Part shown: positions 9,416 to 18,886 of the stretch, piece by piece
Layout of the letters: every line of letters starts with the position of its first letter
Position numbering within the stretch: position 1 is the stretch's first letter
DNA from: Geobacter metallireducens GS-15
GTDB lineage: Bacteria; Desulfobacterota; Desulfuromonadia; Geobacterales; Geobacteraceae
DNA length: 32,000 nucleotides
Assembly: GCF_000012925.1 (NCBI RefSeq)
Contig: NC_007517.1
Coordinates: 2,100,001-2,132,000, forward strand
Reading direction: 5' to 3'
The notes under the pieces: model-generated
Told to the model about the DNA's origin: nothing
Databases searched by the model: none
Seen by the model: the letters and a program-made list of their open reading frames with translations, nothing else
Program-made: the position numbers and the translations under genes

Positions 9416-12400
9416 TGTGCTCCTTCAGTGCCACCAGGCACGAGGTAAGCTCGTCTATCAGCCCCTTCGGGGGGATATCGTGGTAGATGCCGCAGCCGGG
9501 ACGCCCGGGCTCCACCCCCCTGAGAAAGACATACAGGGCACCGCCGAAGTGGGTCTCATACCGGTATCCGGGAACCCGCTGCTTCAGGTGAAGGTTGAGG
9601 GCCACCGTGTAGAGGAGGTACTGGAGAGGATAGAGCTTGCGCTCCATCTCCCGGCCCAGGTTCTCACGGCCATAATCGTCAACACGGTTGCCAAGATGGT
9701 TCGATTTCCAGTCGATCAGGTAATATTTTCCCCGGTGCTCAAAGACCATATCCATGAAGCCGCGCACCATCCCCTGCACTGGAGAGAAATCAAGCCGGGC
9801 GGCCACTTCCGCAAGGGTGGCACCGTCGGGAAGTGCACCCCACCTGCGCAGCACCGCAGCCACCTGTTCTGATCCCACGAACCGGAGGGGGAAGAAGAAT
9901 TCCATCTCAGCGCGCCAACTGTGCGGCGCCAGGTCGGCCAACCGGAAAGCACTATCCCCTTTGTCCAAGGGGGCATCCAGGACGTTGCGAACCATGGCAC
10001 AAACCGCCCCGCGCCACTCTTCGCCGAAACCGTGGCGCGCCAGTTCCTGGGCCACGACGCTTACCACCTTTGCGTCGGTGGCAGCGGCAAAATCAAGGTT
10101 CTCGAAAACGGCATGGAGGACAATCCCCGCCTGGGATCCCTTGGGGAAGGCAAAAATAGTCCCCTCTGCCGGCAAAACCTCAAAAACTGCCGTTTCGGAA
10201 TCGGCAACGACGGTGGCAGGCTGGTCCCGGTCGGGAAGTTCCTCCTCGGGGCGGTGCCGTGCCGCAAAGGAGGTGAAGCTCGCAACCCTCCAGTCGCTCT
10301 CGATCTTTCTGCCGAAGGGGGGACAAACTGGAGTTGCCGCTCCCTCCGGCCCTGACCGAAAACTTGCGGCTTCGGGCGCAGGATCAACGGTAACGGCAAT
10401 GGCCCCTCCCCCCTCCTCTTTCAGGCCATCAAGGCGTTTCAGGAGCGCCTCATCGGAGATACCCTTCATCACCTCGCCAAGTACCGCCTTAATGTCGCAT
10501 TCGCGGCTGTCGGCGGGATGGTGGAGGAGATAGGCCAGGGCCGAGGTCTCGGCGTAGCGGAACTTGCCCCAGACCAGATAGCAGCGGTGCCTGGCCCGGG
10601 TGAGGGCCACGTAGAGAAGCCGGACGTTTTCGGCCAGGGCCTCGTTGCGCGCCTTCAGGCGTCGGGATTTATAGTCGTCAGAACCGAAATCGGCCACCAT
10701 CCGGTAGCCGTCGTGGCAGACGGCCGTATCGTCGTCATCCCGGACGCCCCCCCAGGTGAAGGGGCAGAAGACGATGGGGTATTCGAGCCCCTTGCTCACG
10801 TGGACGGTAACGATCCGTACCGCCTTTTCGTCCGATTCGAGCCTGATCTGGTACTCCTCGTCGGGAGGGGGCGAATTTACCCGCTCGCCGAACCAGGCGC
10901 ATAGGGGGGCCACACCGAGACTCCCCTCCATGGCGGCTCCATGGATAACTTCACCGCAATGGAGGACGTTGGTAAGCCGCCGCTCCCCGTCCACAAATGG
11001 GAGAAGCCGCTCCCGCACCCCCTCCCGGGCCAGGAGGGTCCGGAACATGGTCATGAAGCCGCGTCCCTGCCAGAAATCGTGGTACTCCCGAAACGCTTCG
11101 AGTCGCTCCTCCCAGCCCCGCTCGTCCTCCAGGAGGCGGGCGATATCGTTGCCAGACATGCCAAGGATGGTCGTGGCAAGGGCGGCCCGCACCCTGGTTT
11201 CGCTGGATGGTTCGGCGACAGCTTCCAATATCCGGCAGATTTCCCGGGCCTCTTCCGTAGCAAAGAGGCTCATGGCACTCTGGACCACCGACGGGATACC
11301 GAGCCCCCGCAGCCCTTCCTGGACAAGGGCAGCCTCCTTGTGGCTCCGGACGATGACGGCAATGTCCTCGGGCACCACCCCCCTGCCGTCGATGGTGGCT
11401 CGCCCCTCCCGGCCGTCGGCGAGCAGCCCGGCAATCTCGGCCCCCACAGCCATCACTATTCGTTCCCTGGCCGGCCCCATGGATATGCCCGCGCCGTCCT
11501 CCGGAGTCCGTGCCATGAACCAGAGCTGGAGGGGGGCCGGGTCGCGGCCGTCGAGAAGGAGGGGCTCTTCCCGTTTAGCCGCCGTCACCTCCGGGTAGCC
11601 GATGGCTTCCACCACAAAGGGGGTTTCACGCTTCTGCCGAAACAGGGCATTGATCCCCTCCACCATGGATGGGGTGGAGCGCCAGTTCTCCCCCATGGTG
11701 AAGCGGTTCTCCGCGGGGACATCGTTCCGGGCCTCCAGGTAGGCGAAGATATCGGCCCCCCGGAAGCTGTAGATGGCCTGCTTGGGATCACCGATGAGAA
11801 AGAGGGGTGTGGCCGCATCCAGGTAGATCTCCCTGAAGATCCGGTACTGGACCGGATCGGTGTCCTGGAACTCGTCGATGAGGGCCGCCCGGTAGCGGCT
11901 TGCGAGCCGATCGGCCAGATCAGCCCCGGTGGGCCCCTGGAGCGCCCGGTAGAGGTCCGTCAGGAGATCGTCGTAGGAGCGGACGGCCCGCTCAGCCTTG
12001 AGGAGGGAGAGACGCTCCCTGGCAAAGGTAAAGAGGCTCCCCTTGAGGGCCAGGAATCGCTTCTCCACGATGCGGAACAGCCGGTCACAGAGGTCGAAGA
12101 AAGGGTGCTCCGGCGGCTCGTTCTTTTGCAGGGCCTGGCCCTGGATATAGGCGGTGGTGAACTTCTCGAACCCCGGGCAGAGATCCCACGGATTACCCGA
12201 GGCAGTGTAATCCGCCATCCCCTCCAGAAGGCCGGGAACCAGGTCAGGGTGATAGTTTTTCTGGGCTCGGCGCAGCCCCTTGTGGGTGGCGATTATCTCC
12301 TCGATCTCACCCCGCCTCGACTCCCACATACGGGTCAGTTCGCCGTAGAGGGCCTCGCACTCACTGACAAGGGCCGCCACCTCGTCGTCGCCGTAGAGGG

Positions 12401-13004
12401 GAACCACCAGCAGTTCAGGGTTGCCGAGCTTCCCCCGGAGGAAGCGGGCAAGCCCTTCGGGGGACCACTTGAGCCGCAGGGCGTGGGGAAGGAGCGGCGC
12501 CTCGGCCCCGAAGAAGCTTTGGCGCCAGAAGTCGTCAACGATCTCCTGAATGAGGGGGTTCTGATCGGCCAGAAGCTCCGTGTCGTAGAGGGAGCCGCTC
12601 TCGAAGGCGTTTTCCTGCAGGGCCCGGGAGCAGAAGCCGTGGATGGTGGAGATGGCGGCGCAGTCGAAGGTCCGCAGGGCCAGGTCGAGGCGCCGGAGGG
12701 CTTCCTCGGTCCCCGGCCATTCTTTCCGGTTGGTGTCGCCCATCTTCAGGAGGAAGTCGTCAGTCGTTCCGGCCCCGGCGAAGACATCGCGGGCCTCCCG
12801 CAGCCGCTCCCGGATCCGGGAGCGAAGCTCCTTGGTGGCCGCCTCCGTGAAGGTGACCACGAGGATCTCCTCGGGCTTGAGCCCCCGTTCCACCACAAGT
12901 CGCAGGTAGAGGCAGGCAATGGCGTAGGTCTTGCCGGTGCCGGCGCTGGCCTCTATGAGGTTGCGGCCCGATAGGTCGATGGTGAGGTTGTTATAGGTTT
13001 CCAT
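9402..13004 (-). CDS. recB: exodeoxyribonuclease V beta subunit RecB (helicase-nuclease)
   Basis: 1200-aa ORF with the N-terminal UvrD-like motif EASAGTGKTYAI and the C-terminal PD-(D/E)XK nuclease motif GFMDMVFEHRGKYYLIDWKSN. Confidence 0.93.
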   Translation of the reverse strand: METYNNLTIDLSGRNLIEASAGTGKTYAIACLYLRLVVERGLKPEEILVVTFTEAATKELRSRIRERLREARDVFAGAGTTDDFLLKMGDTNRKEWPGTEEALRRLDLALRTFDCAAISTIHGFCSRALQENAFESGSLYDTELLADQNPLIQEIVDDFWRQSFFGAEAPLLPHALRLKWSPEGLARFLRGKLGNPELLVVPLYGDDEVAALVSECEALYGELTRMWESRRGEIEEIIATHKGLRRAQKNYHPDLVPGLLEGMADYTASGNPWDLCPGFEKFTTAYIQGQALQKNEPPEHPFFDLCDRLFRIVEKRFLALKGSLFTFARERLSLLKAERAVRSYDDLLTDLYRALQGPTGADLADRLASRYRAALIDEFQDTDPVQYRIFREIYLDAATPLFLIGDPKQAIYSFRGADIFAYLEARNDVPAENRFTMGENWRSTPSMVEGINALFRQKRETPFVVEAIGYPEVTAAKREEPLLLDGRDPAPLQLWFMARTPEDGAGISMGPARERIVMAVGAEIAGLLADGREGRATIDGRGVVPEDIAVIVRSHKEAALVQEGLRGLGIPSVVQSAMSLFATEEAREICRILEAVAEPSSETRVRAALATTILGMSGNDIARLLEDERGWEERLEAFREYHDFWQGRGFMTMFRTLLAREGVRERLLPFVDGERRLTNVLHCGEVIHGAAMEGSLGVAPLCAWFGERVNSPPPDEEYQIRLESDEKAVRIVTVHVSKGLEYPIVFCPFTWGGVRDDDDTAVCHDGYRMVADFGSDDYKSRRLKARNEALAENVRLLYVALTRARHRCYLVWGKFRYAETSALAYLLHHPADSRECDIKAVLGEVMKGISDEALLKRLDGLKEEGGGAIAVTVDPAPEAASFRSGPEGAATPVCPPFGRKIESDWRVASFTSFAARHRPEEELPDRDQPATVVADSETAVFEVLPAEGTIFAFPKGSQAGIVLHAVFENLDFAAATDAKVVSVVAQELARHGFGEEWRGAVCAMVRNVLDAPLDKGDSAFRLADLAPHSWRAEMEFFFPLRFVGSEQVAAVLRRWGALPDGATLAEVAARLDFSPVQGMVRGFMDMVFEHRGKYYLIDWKSNHLGNRVDDYGRENLGREMERKLYPLQYLLYTVALNLHLKQRVPGYRYETHFGGALYVFLRGVEPGRPGCGIYHDIPPKGLIDELTSCLVALKEHNDGA

Positions 13005-13007
13005 CGC

Positions 13008-16000
13008 TTACTCCCCCTTGCCCTGCCGATGCTCGTTCAGGGGGCCGAATACCGCCCGGGCGATCCGCTCGAATTCCCCGTCGAGGGGGTCGATGCCGCC
13101 GAAGCAGAGGCGGTAGTAGGGGTCGTCCCCCTCGGGGAAGAACTCCCCTCCCCAAGCGTTGCGGGCAGCGGAAAGCTCTCCCTTTACCGCATAGGCCGCC
13201 GCCGTGCGGGGGAAGAACCGGAGCGGCTCCCGGAGCCCCTGCCCGTAGAGGCCGAGAAGGGTCTCCAGGTGCACCATGGGATTCGGCACCGGCTCAAACC
13301 GCAGGGAAACATCGGTTGCAACAAGGATGCTTGCGGCCGGATACCCCTCCTGGGCGAGAAGATTCAGCAGCAGATGCTCGATCCAGAGCCGTACCTGATC
13401 GCGCCCCGAACATTTCGCCCCCTTATGGCGCAGAAGCGCCACGGGCCAGATATCCCCCAACATCCCGGTGATCCGGTAAGGCCCCAGGGCAAGGTCAACG
13501 GGGAGAGGATCCAGCGGCGACCTTCCACCGGTCAGCGCCCTGATCTGTGCAGCCAGATCCTCAACTCCGTCGCCAAGCCCCCGGAACAGGAGCTCCCCCT
13601 GGCGGGCCGGCGGCAGTATCCCCCGGGCCCGGGCCACGGCAAAGGTTTCCCGCGGTTCCCGTCCCGCCAGGGCCAGGTCCAGCATCTCTTCCCTGAGCCG
13701 GTAGGCGTCGAGGGAATCAATGGCAAAGGGCTCCCGGTCTTCCAGGGGAGGCGGAAGCTCGTCGAGCCGGATGCCGAGCCGGGTCCGCACGAAGTAGCGG
13801 GCCGGGTTATCGAAGAAGTAAAGGAGAGCTGAAAGGGAGACCGTCAGCAGTTCATCCGGAGGCTCCGGCAGGGGCTCGGTGATGAAGGTAGGTACCGCCA
13901 CGGCACCCTTCAGGCGTTGGGCCACGGCCCGGCAGTTCTCCTCCGAGTAGCTGAAAAGCGTGCCGTCGCCGGTGAAGTAGGTCGGGCTGAAGGGTTGAAG
14001 CCGGTGCTTGCTCACGAGTTTTTTCGGGAAGTCCGGAGTGCCGTCCGAGAAGCGGCGCCCCAGGTAGTCGAGAAACTCGTCCACGAGGACCGATGGAGGA
14101 AGCGTGCTGTTGTCCCGGATGCTCTGCCCCGTGTAGCTGATGATAAAATGCCGCCGGGCCGACAGAAGGGCCTCCAGGAAGAGGTAACGGTCCTCGTCCC
14201 GCAGGGAGCGGTCTCCCCGCCGCCGGTCCCGGGCTATGAGGTCGAAGCCGGGGGGGGTGTTCCGGCGGGGGAAAGCACCGTCGCTCATGCCAAGGAGCGC
14301 GATGACCTTGAAGGGGATGCTCCGCATGGGAAGCATGGCGCAGAAGGTGACCCCGCCGGTCATGAAGCCGAGCCCCCGCACCTCCCGGTCGAGCCGTCCC
14401 CGGAGCCAGGCGCGGATCACCGGCAGCGCCACCGCGCCGCCGAATCCCGCCTCGTCCCGCACCGTCTCCAACTCGGTGAGAATGCCGTTCAGGGTGGCCA
14501 GGTCAAAAGCCCCCTCCTCCCCAGGGGCGAAAAAGTCGTCGAGAATCCGCCGGCAGAGCCGCACCCACTCCGTCAGGGTGCGGGGGCGGTCCAGTTCGTC
14601 CACCAAGGCGTGGAGCCCTTCCACGAAGCCCGCAAACCGTCCCAGGACCGCCGGTCCCTCCCCTTCCATGGCGTCGAAGGGGAGAATCCCCTCCACCATC
14701 CGGCCATCCTCCTCTGGCATGGCATATCCCAGGATGAGCCGGTCCAGCCCGGCCCGCCAGCTGTGTTCCCGGTAGGGGGGAAACCCGGCACGGCGCCGCT
14801 CCTCACCGTCCATTCCCCACCGGATGCGGGTCTCCTCCAGCCAGGTGCGGATCAGTTCCAGATGGCCGGCATCGAGGCCGAACCGGCCGTGAACCGGGGA
14901 GGAGGCCAGGATCTCCGTGACCGCGGTCACCGGGAACCGCTTGCCGGAAAGGTCGAGGATTGCCAGGAACGTCTCCGCAAGCCCCCCTTCCCTCCGGATG
15001 CTCCGGTCGGCGATGGAGTAGGGAATCTTCAGCCGCGGGTCCCGGCACCCGTCGAACACGGCGGAGATATAGGGGGCGTAGGTCTCGATGTCCGGCGTCA
15101 TGACGAGGATATCGCGGGGGGTGAGATCGTCCGCGGAGGCAAAGAGGTTCAGGAGGGTGTCGTGGAGCACCTCCACCTCACGCATGGGGCTGTGGCAGGA
15201 TGAAATCAGGATGGAGCGGTCCGCCGCGTCCACGGGGCGCTGGTCGCCGCTGCTCCCCTCCAGGCGGAGGATGTCGTTCTGCACCATGCCGAGGAGGGTC
15301 GTGTCGGGGGCATCGCCGTAGAGGTCGGTGTCGCCGCCGGCCGTGGCGCCCAGCTCCACGAGGGTATCGGAAAACTCCTTCCCCAGGAGCCCCAGGGAGG
15401 CCAGGAGGGGGTTCCCCTCGATCCGCACCTCCCGCTCCTCCGGAGAGAGCCGGGCGATGATCCGCTCGGGGAGGATGTCGGCCCAGTACTCCCGGCAGGG
15501 GCCCATGACAAAGAGGTTCACCTCGGTGAAATCGGCGATGCGCCGGAAGACATCCAGGTGGAACTGGGGTAAGTACGAGATGCCGAAGACGGTGATCCGC
15601 TCCGGGAAAAGCGCCGTGTCCACCTCTCCCCGGGCCAGGCGCCGGAAGAATTCGCTACGCACCGCCTCCCGGTGGAGCCCTCTCCCCTCCCCCGCCAGGG
15701 CGCGCCAGAGGACGGCCTGCCAGTGGTCCTCGGTTCCCTGTTCCCAGCGGGCGATCATGTCGGGACGGAAGATCGTGTACTGATCGAAGGTGTCGGCGAT
15801 CTTCCCGGCAAGCTGGTAGAGCTTCAGCTCCCGCTCCTCCCCTGCCAGGTATCCCGCCAGGGGTGCAAAAGCCGGCTGGTCCAGGAAACCGGAGAGCAGC
15901 CCCATGATCCGCCACGACAGCACCGCCGGGTCGAAGGGGGATGCGGCGGGGAGATCCGGCAGGGCCTTCCGGAACAGGTCCCAGACAAAGGCATTGGGGA

Positions 16001-16190
16001 ACGGATAGGCACCGTTGGCCCAGACGCCGGTTGCCGTTGCCAGCTCCATGGAGAGCCAGCGCTGCATCCCCTTGCTCTGGACAACGATCACCTCCGGCGC
16101 CAGGGGGGCGGCCAAGGGGCGCCGCAACACCTCGACAAGCCGGTCGACAAGGTGCTCCATCCGGTTGCTGGAGTAGAGGAAAAGGGGCAT
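13008..16190 (-). CDS. recC: exodeoxyribonuclease V gamma subunit RecC
   Basis: The ORF is open to 16241 (1077 aa). The RecC-like N-terminus MPLFLYSSNRMEHLVDRL begins at the internal ATG at 16190, which is preceded by GGAG. The gene is followed 3 nt later by recB. Confidence 0.88.
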   Translation of the reverse strand: MPLFLYSSNRMEHLVDRLVEVLRRPLAAPLAPEVIVVQSKGMQRWLSMELATATGVWANGAYPFPNAFVWDLFRKALPDLPAASPFDPAVLSWRIMGLLSGFLDQPAFAPLAGYLAGEERELKLYQLAGKIADTFDQYTIFRPDMIARWEQGTEDHWQAVLWRALAGEGRGLHREAVRSEFFRRLARGEVDTALFPERITVFGISYLPQFHLDVFRRIADFTEVNLFVMGPCREYWADILPERIIARLSPEEREVRIEGNPLLASLGLLGKEFSDTLVELGATAGGDTDLYGDAPDTTLLGMVQNDILRLEGSSGDQRPVDAADRSILISSCHSPMREVEVLHDTLLNLFASADDLTPRDILVMTPDIETYAPYISAVFDGCRDPRLKIPYSIADRSIRREGGLAETFLAILDLSGKRFPVTAVTEILASSPVHGRFGLDAGHLELIRTWLEETRIRWGMDGEERRRAGFPPYREHSWRAGLDRLILGYAMPEEDGRMVEGILPFDAMEGEGPAVLGRFAGFVEGLHALVDELDRPRTLTEWVRLCRRILDDFFAPGEEGAFDLATLNGILTELETVRDEAGFGGAVALPVIRAWLRGRLDREVRGLGFMTGGVTFCAMLPMRSIPFKVIALLGMSDGAFPRRNTPPGFDLIARDRRRGDRSLRDEDRYLFLEALLSARRHFIISYTGQSIRDNSTLPPSVLVDEFLDYLGRRFSDGTPDFPKKLVSKHRLQPFSPTYFTGDGTLFSYSEENCRAVAQRLKGAVAVPTFITEPLPEPPDELLTVSLSALLYFFDNPARYFVRTRLGIRLDELPPPLEDREPFAIDSLDAYRLREEMLDLALAGREPRETFAVARARGILPPARQGELLFRGLGDGVEDLAAQIRALTGGRSPLDPLPVDLALGPYRITGMLGDIWPVALLRHKGAKCSGRDQVRLWIEHLLLNLLAQEGYPAASILVATDVSLRFEPVPNPMVHLETLLGLYGQGLREPLRFFPRTAAAYAVKGELSAARNAWGGEFFPEGDDPYYRLCFGGIDPLDGEFERIARAVFGPLNEHRQGKGE

Positions 16191-16245
16191 GGGCGGGCTC
16201 CACGAAAGAAATATTCTTATAGGTGCATCGTAGGAGGACAATGCG

Positions 16246-16449
16246 TCACAATACGTCTCGAACTTGCTTTGCCGTCACCAGGGACATCAGACTATACGCT
16301 TTTTCCGGGAAAAGGAAGGGAATGAACCTTCTCAGTACCGCCACGATCCTTCCTGTTACATCATGGTTAAGCTGTTGTTCGACCCGCCGGTAATAGGTTA
16401 GCACGGTGAACCACTTTGTCCGGGGGGTTAATTTGCCCTTGACAAGCAT
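16246..16449 (-). CDS. hypothetical 67-aa ORF (no recognisable family; may not be real)
   Basis: The only support is an open frame in lower-GC DNA between recC and marR. Its ATG lies inside the first marR-proximal palindrome. I recognise no motif. Confidence 0.25.
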   Translation of the reverse strand: MLVKGKLTPRTKWFTVLTYYRRVEQQLNHDVTGRIVAVLRRFIPFLFPEKAYSLMSLVTAKQVRDVL

Positions 16450-16485
16450 AGCCGGCTATGTTTTTTGTATAGCCAGCTATATAAT
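16439..16485 (+). promoter_or_regulatory. marR promoter/operator region with two 12-bp palindromes
   Basis: The region contains TTGACA (16439..16444), ATAGCCGGCTAT (16448..16459, a perfect palindrome) and ATAGCCAGCTAT (16469..16480). The palindrome centres are 21 bp apart. TATAAT (16480..16485) overlaps the second palindrome. The GGGGGA RBS and the ATG at 16507 follow. Confidence 0.6.
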
Positions 16486-16506
16486 TAGCAACTACGGGGG
16501 AAAGAA

Positions 16507-16959
16507 ATGCATGAAAACCTGTGTTCCAAATTGAACTACCTGGCCCGCTTGCTGCTCTCGAAAGTCAATGAGGAAACAAGCCATTTCGGGGTCACCCAAG
16601 GGCAACTGCCGGTTCTTTGCTGCTTAAACGAAAAGGAAGGGCAGACCCAGTCAGAACTTTGCAAAAACATACAGGTTGAGCAGCCGACCATGGCCAACAC
16701 GTTGCGGCGAATGGAGCGCGATGGCCTGATTTATCGGAATACTAGTGAGCATGACGGGCGCCAATCGCAGATTTTCATATCAACCCAGGTCCGTCCGGTG
16801 ATTGAAGTTCTGCAGGCGAAACGCGACGAAGTTATCTCCAGAATGTTGCGGGAGATGTCGGTTGAAGAGCGGGACACTTTCGAACGGTTAGTCGATATGG
16901 CGGTGAAGGGACTTGATGACCGGCACCAACAGACTGAACGAAAAAAGGAGGATGTGTGA
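16507..16959 (+). CDS. MarR-family transcriptional regulator
   Basis: 150-aa ORF with a winged-helix region typical of MarR (GVTQGQLPVLCCLNEKEGQTQSELCKNIQVEQPTMANTLRRMERDGLIYR...DGRQ). Its stop overlaps the GTG start of the next gene (GTGA). Confidence 0.88.
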   Translation: MHENLCSKLNYLARLLLSKVNEETSHFGVTQGQLPVLCCLNEKEGQTQSELCKNIQVEQPTMANTLRRMERDGLIYRNTSEHDGRQSQIFISTQVRPVIEVLQAKRDEVISRMLREMSVEERDTFERLVDMAVKGLDDRHQQTERKKEDV

Positions 16960-18314
16960 AAAGCTTTGATGTGGTCATTATCGGCGGTGGCCCTGGCGGA
17001 ATCAATGCGGGAATAATGCTCAGCAAGGCGGGCAAAAATGTTGCCCTGATTCAGGAAGAGGCGGTCTCTTTCGGCGGCACCTGCCTGAATAGCGGCTGTA
17101 TGCCGACAAAGTCGCTGTTAAAGGCCGCGACGGCTTACCGGTACGCCAAACAGGCAGAAAGATATGGTTTGGACCTGCAGGCGGGACCCGTCGATTTAGG
17201 GAAACTGTGCGCCGTTACTGAAACAGATCTCAACATGCTGCGTGGGGCGATCAAGGGAATGCTCGCGGAAACCTCGATTACGGCATTCCGTGGGAACGGC
17301 TCTTTCGCGTCGGAGCATGAAGTCACGGTCACCATGGCCGGTGGCGAGCAGGAGACGATCTGGGGCGAAACGATCATTATTGCAACGGGTTCGAGCCCCC
17401 GGGAACTCCCCTCGGCGCCCTTCGACGGTTTGCACATCCTTTCGAGCGACCAGATGCTGACCAACACCGACCTGCCGAAAAAACTCCTGATCGTCGGTGG
17501 AGGTGCGATCGGATGTGAGTTCGCCACCTTGTATAAAACGTTTGGCAGCGAGGTCGTACTCATCGAGGCGATGGAAACCCTTCTGCCGCGCGAAGACCGC
17601 GACGCCGGCAAAAAACTGCAGGCAGCCTTTGAAGCTCAAGGGATTACCGTCAGGACCGGCACGTCGATCGACCGGCTCATCGTAGTAGATGAAAAAATCA
17701 GGATACAATTTGACAATGGCGACAGCATCGATAGCATCGACAAGGTTCTGGTCGGAATCGGCAGGGCTCCCAACATCGAGGGGCTGAACCTGGAAGCGGC
17801 CGGCCTGCGAACTGAGCATGGCGCCGTCAAGGTGAATGAATTAATGCAAACCAATGTGCCGCACATCTACGCCATCGGAGACGTGACCGGTGGGCTGACG
17901 CTGGCCCATGCGGCACAAAGGGAGGCGCAACTGCTGGTCCAAAATCTGCTGCATGGGAGCAGCCATGCTCTCAAAGAACTGGCTGTCCCCCGGGTGGCTT
18001 TCAGCTATCCGGAGGTGGCAGCAGTGGGGGCATCCCAGGAAGGAAACGGCATCAGGGCCTACACCTTACCCCAGGTTCCCAATGGACGTTCAGTGGTGGA
18101 CAAGGTTGCCCCGGCCTTCGTGAAGCTTTTTTTGAAGGAGCAAACCTCTGAAATCGCCGGAGCGGTAATCATCGGAGAGGCGGCGACAGAAATCATACAC
18201 GAGATGGCATTGGCGGTGGAGAACGGCCTTACCCTGCAACAGGTGGGTAATACGGTTCATGTCCACCCGACCCATTCTAAAAACATCCTCTATGCGATAC
18301 AAAGCTGCGGTTAA
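16956..18314 (+). CDS. group-I flavoprotein disulfide reductase (dihydrolipoyl dehydrogenase / RclA / MerA-like family), specific substrate unknown
   Basis: 452-aa ORF with the FAD-binding motif VVIIGGGPGG, the redox-active disulfide GGTCLNSGCMPTK, the NAD(P) fold LLIVGGGAIGCEFA and the C-terminal interface motif HVHPTHSK. It has a GTG start preceded by AAGGAGGA. Confidence 0.85.
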   Translation: MKSFDVVIIGGGPGGINAGIMLSKAGKNVALIQEEAVSFGGTCLNSGCMPTKSLLKAATAYRYAKQAERYGLDLQAGPVDLGKLCAVTETDLNMLRGAIKGMLAETSITAFRGNGSFASEHEVTVTMAGGEQETIWGETIIIATGSSPRELPSAPFDGLHILSSDQMLTNTDLPKKLLIVGGGAIGCEFATLYKTFGSEVVLIEAMETLLPREDRDAGKKLQAAFEAQGITVRTGTSIDRLIVVDEKIRIQFDNGDSIDSIDKVLVGIGRAPNIEGLNLEAAGLRTEHGAVKVNELMQTNVPHIYAIGDVTGGLTLAHAAQREAQLLVQNLLHGSSHALKELAVPRVAFSYPEVAAVGASQEGNGIRAYTLPQVPNGRSVVDKVAPAFVKLFLKEQTSEIAGAVIIGEAATEIIHEMALAVENGLTLQQVGNTVHVHPTHSKNILYAIQSCG

Positions 18315-18428
18315 AACTCCGCAGCCATTCACCGCCTCGGTGTGAAGGCCGGAAAATACGTAAGGGAAGCAATCTTCCGGACAAATCCTTTTTCGGAGAC
18401 AACCACAAGAGCAATGGCGTTTCTTCTG

Positions 18429-18458
18429 TTGACACTTTCTAAGGCGCCACGGTATTAA
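18429..18458 (+). promoter_or_regulatory. candidate sigma70 promoter for hisI-hisG
   Basis: TTGACA (18429..18434), an 18-nt spacer and TATTAA (18453..18458), about 50 nt upstream of the hisI ATG. Confidence 0.4.
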
Positions 18459-18508
18459 ACACAGGTTGTTTTTCACGAACACTTTCCAGAGGAGGCGCGT
18501 AAAACATT

Positions 18509-18886
18509 ATGATCCAGATCGATTTCCAGAAAATGGGTGGGCTCATTCCCGCCATCATCCAGGACCACGAATCCGGCGAGGTTCTCATGGTGGCGTTCAT
18601 GGACGAAAAAACCCTTAACCTGACCCTTGAGTCGGGCAAAACCTGGTTCTTCAGCCGCACCCGCAACAAGTACTGGATGAAGGGCGAGGAGTCGGGTAAC
18701 ACCCAGGAGGTTATCGAGGTCCTCACCGACTGCGACGCCGACTCCGTGGTCATCAAGGTGAAGCAGAACGGTCCGGCCGCCTGCCACACCGGCAACCGGA
18801 GCTGCTTCTACGTGCGGTGGGAGGGTGGCCAGTGGGTAGAGCACTCCAACCCCCTCTTCGATCCGAAGGAGGTCTACAAAAAATGA
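18509..18886 (+). CDS. hisI: phosphoribosyl-AMP cyclohydrolase (monofunctional HisI)
   Basis: 125-aa ORF containing GLIPAIIQD...[42 protein letters not shown]...[11 protein letters not shown]...[13 protein letters not shown]. Confidence 0.93.
   Translation: MIQIDFQKMGGLIPAIIQDHESGEVLMVAFMDEKTLNLTLESGKTWFFSRTRNKYWMKGEESGNTQEVIEVLTDCDADSVVIKVKQNGPAACHTGNRSCFYVRWEGGQWVEHSNPLFDPKEVYKK

Noticed and set aside
10941-12974. Very long antisense or alternative-frame ORFs. Examples: 677 aa opposite recB; 1126..1968 opposite glmM; 4182..5624 opposite ftsH; 13917..15203 opposite recC; 18874..20025 opposite hisG; 24723..25781 opposite cysA; 25778..26614 opposite cysW; 27450..28439 opposite sbp; 29355..30107 opposite bfr.
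   Set aside because: Each lies opposite a gene with strong conserved motifs. They are rich in Arg, Gly, Pro and Ala, show no recognisable domains, and are the expected stop-poor shadows of GC-rich coding DNA.
16322-16393. 23-aa plus-strand mini-ORF (MNLLSTATILPVTSWLSCCSTRR) upstream of marR with an AGGAAGGG-like sequence in front.
   Set aside because: It is too short, the RBS spacing is poor at 1-2 nt, it is antisense to the 67-aa ORF, and nothing marks it as a leader peptide.
18304-18325. Hairpin GCTGCGG-TTAAAACT-CCGCAGC overlapping the stop codon of the disulfide reductase, considered as a terminator.
   Set aside because: The stem is only 7 bp and no T-tract follows it (CATTCACC). It cannot be called an intrinsic terminator with confidence.
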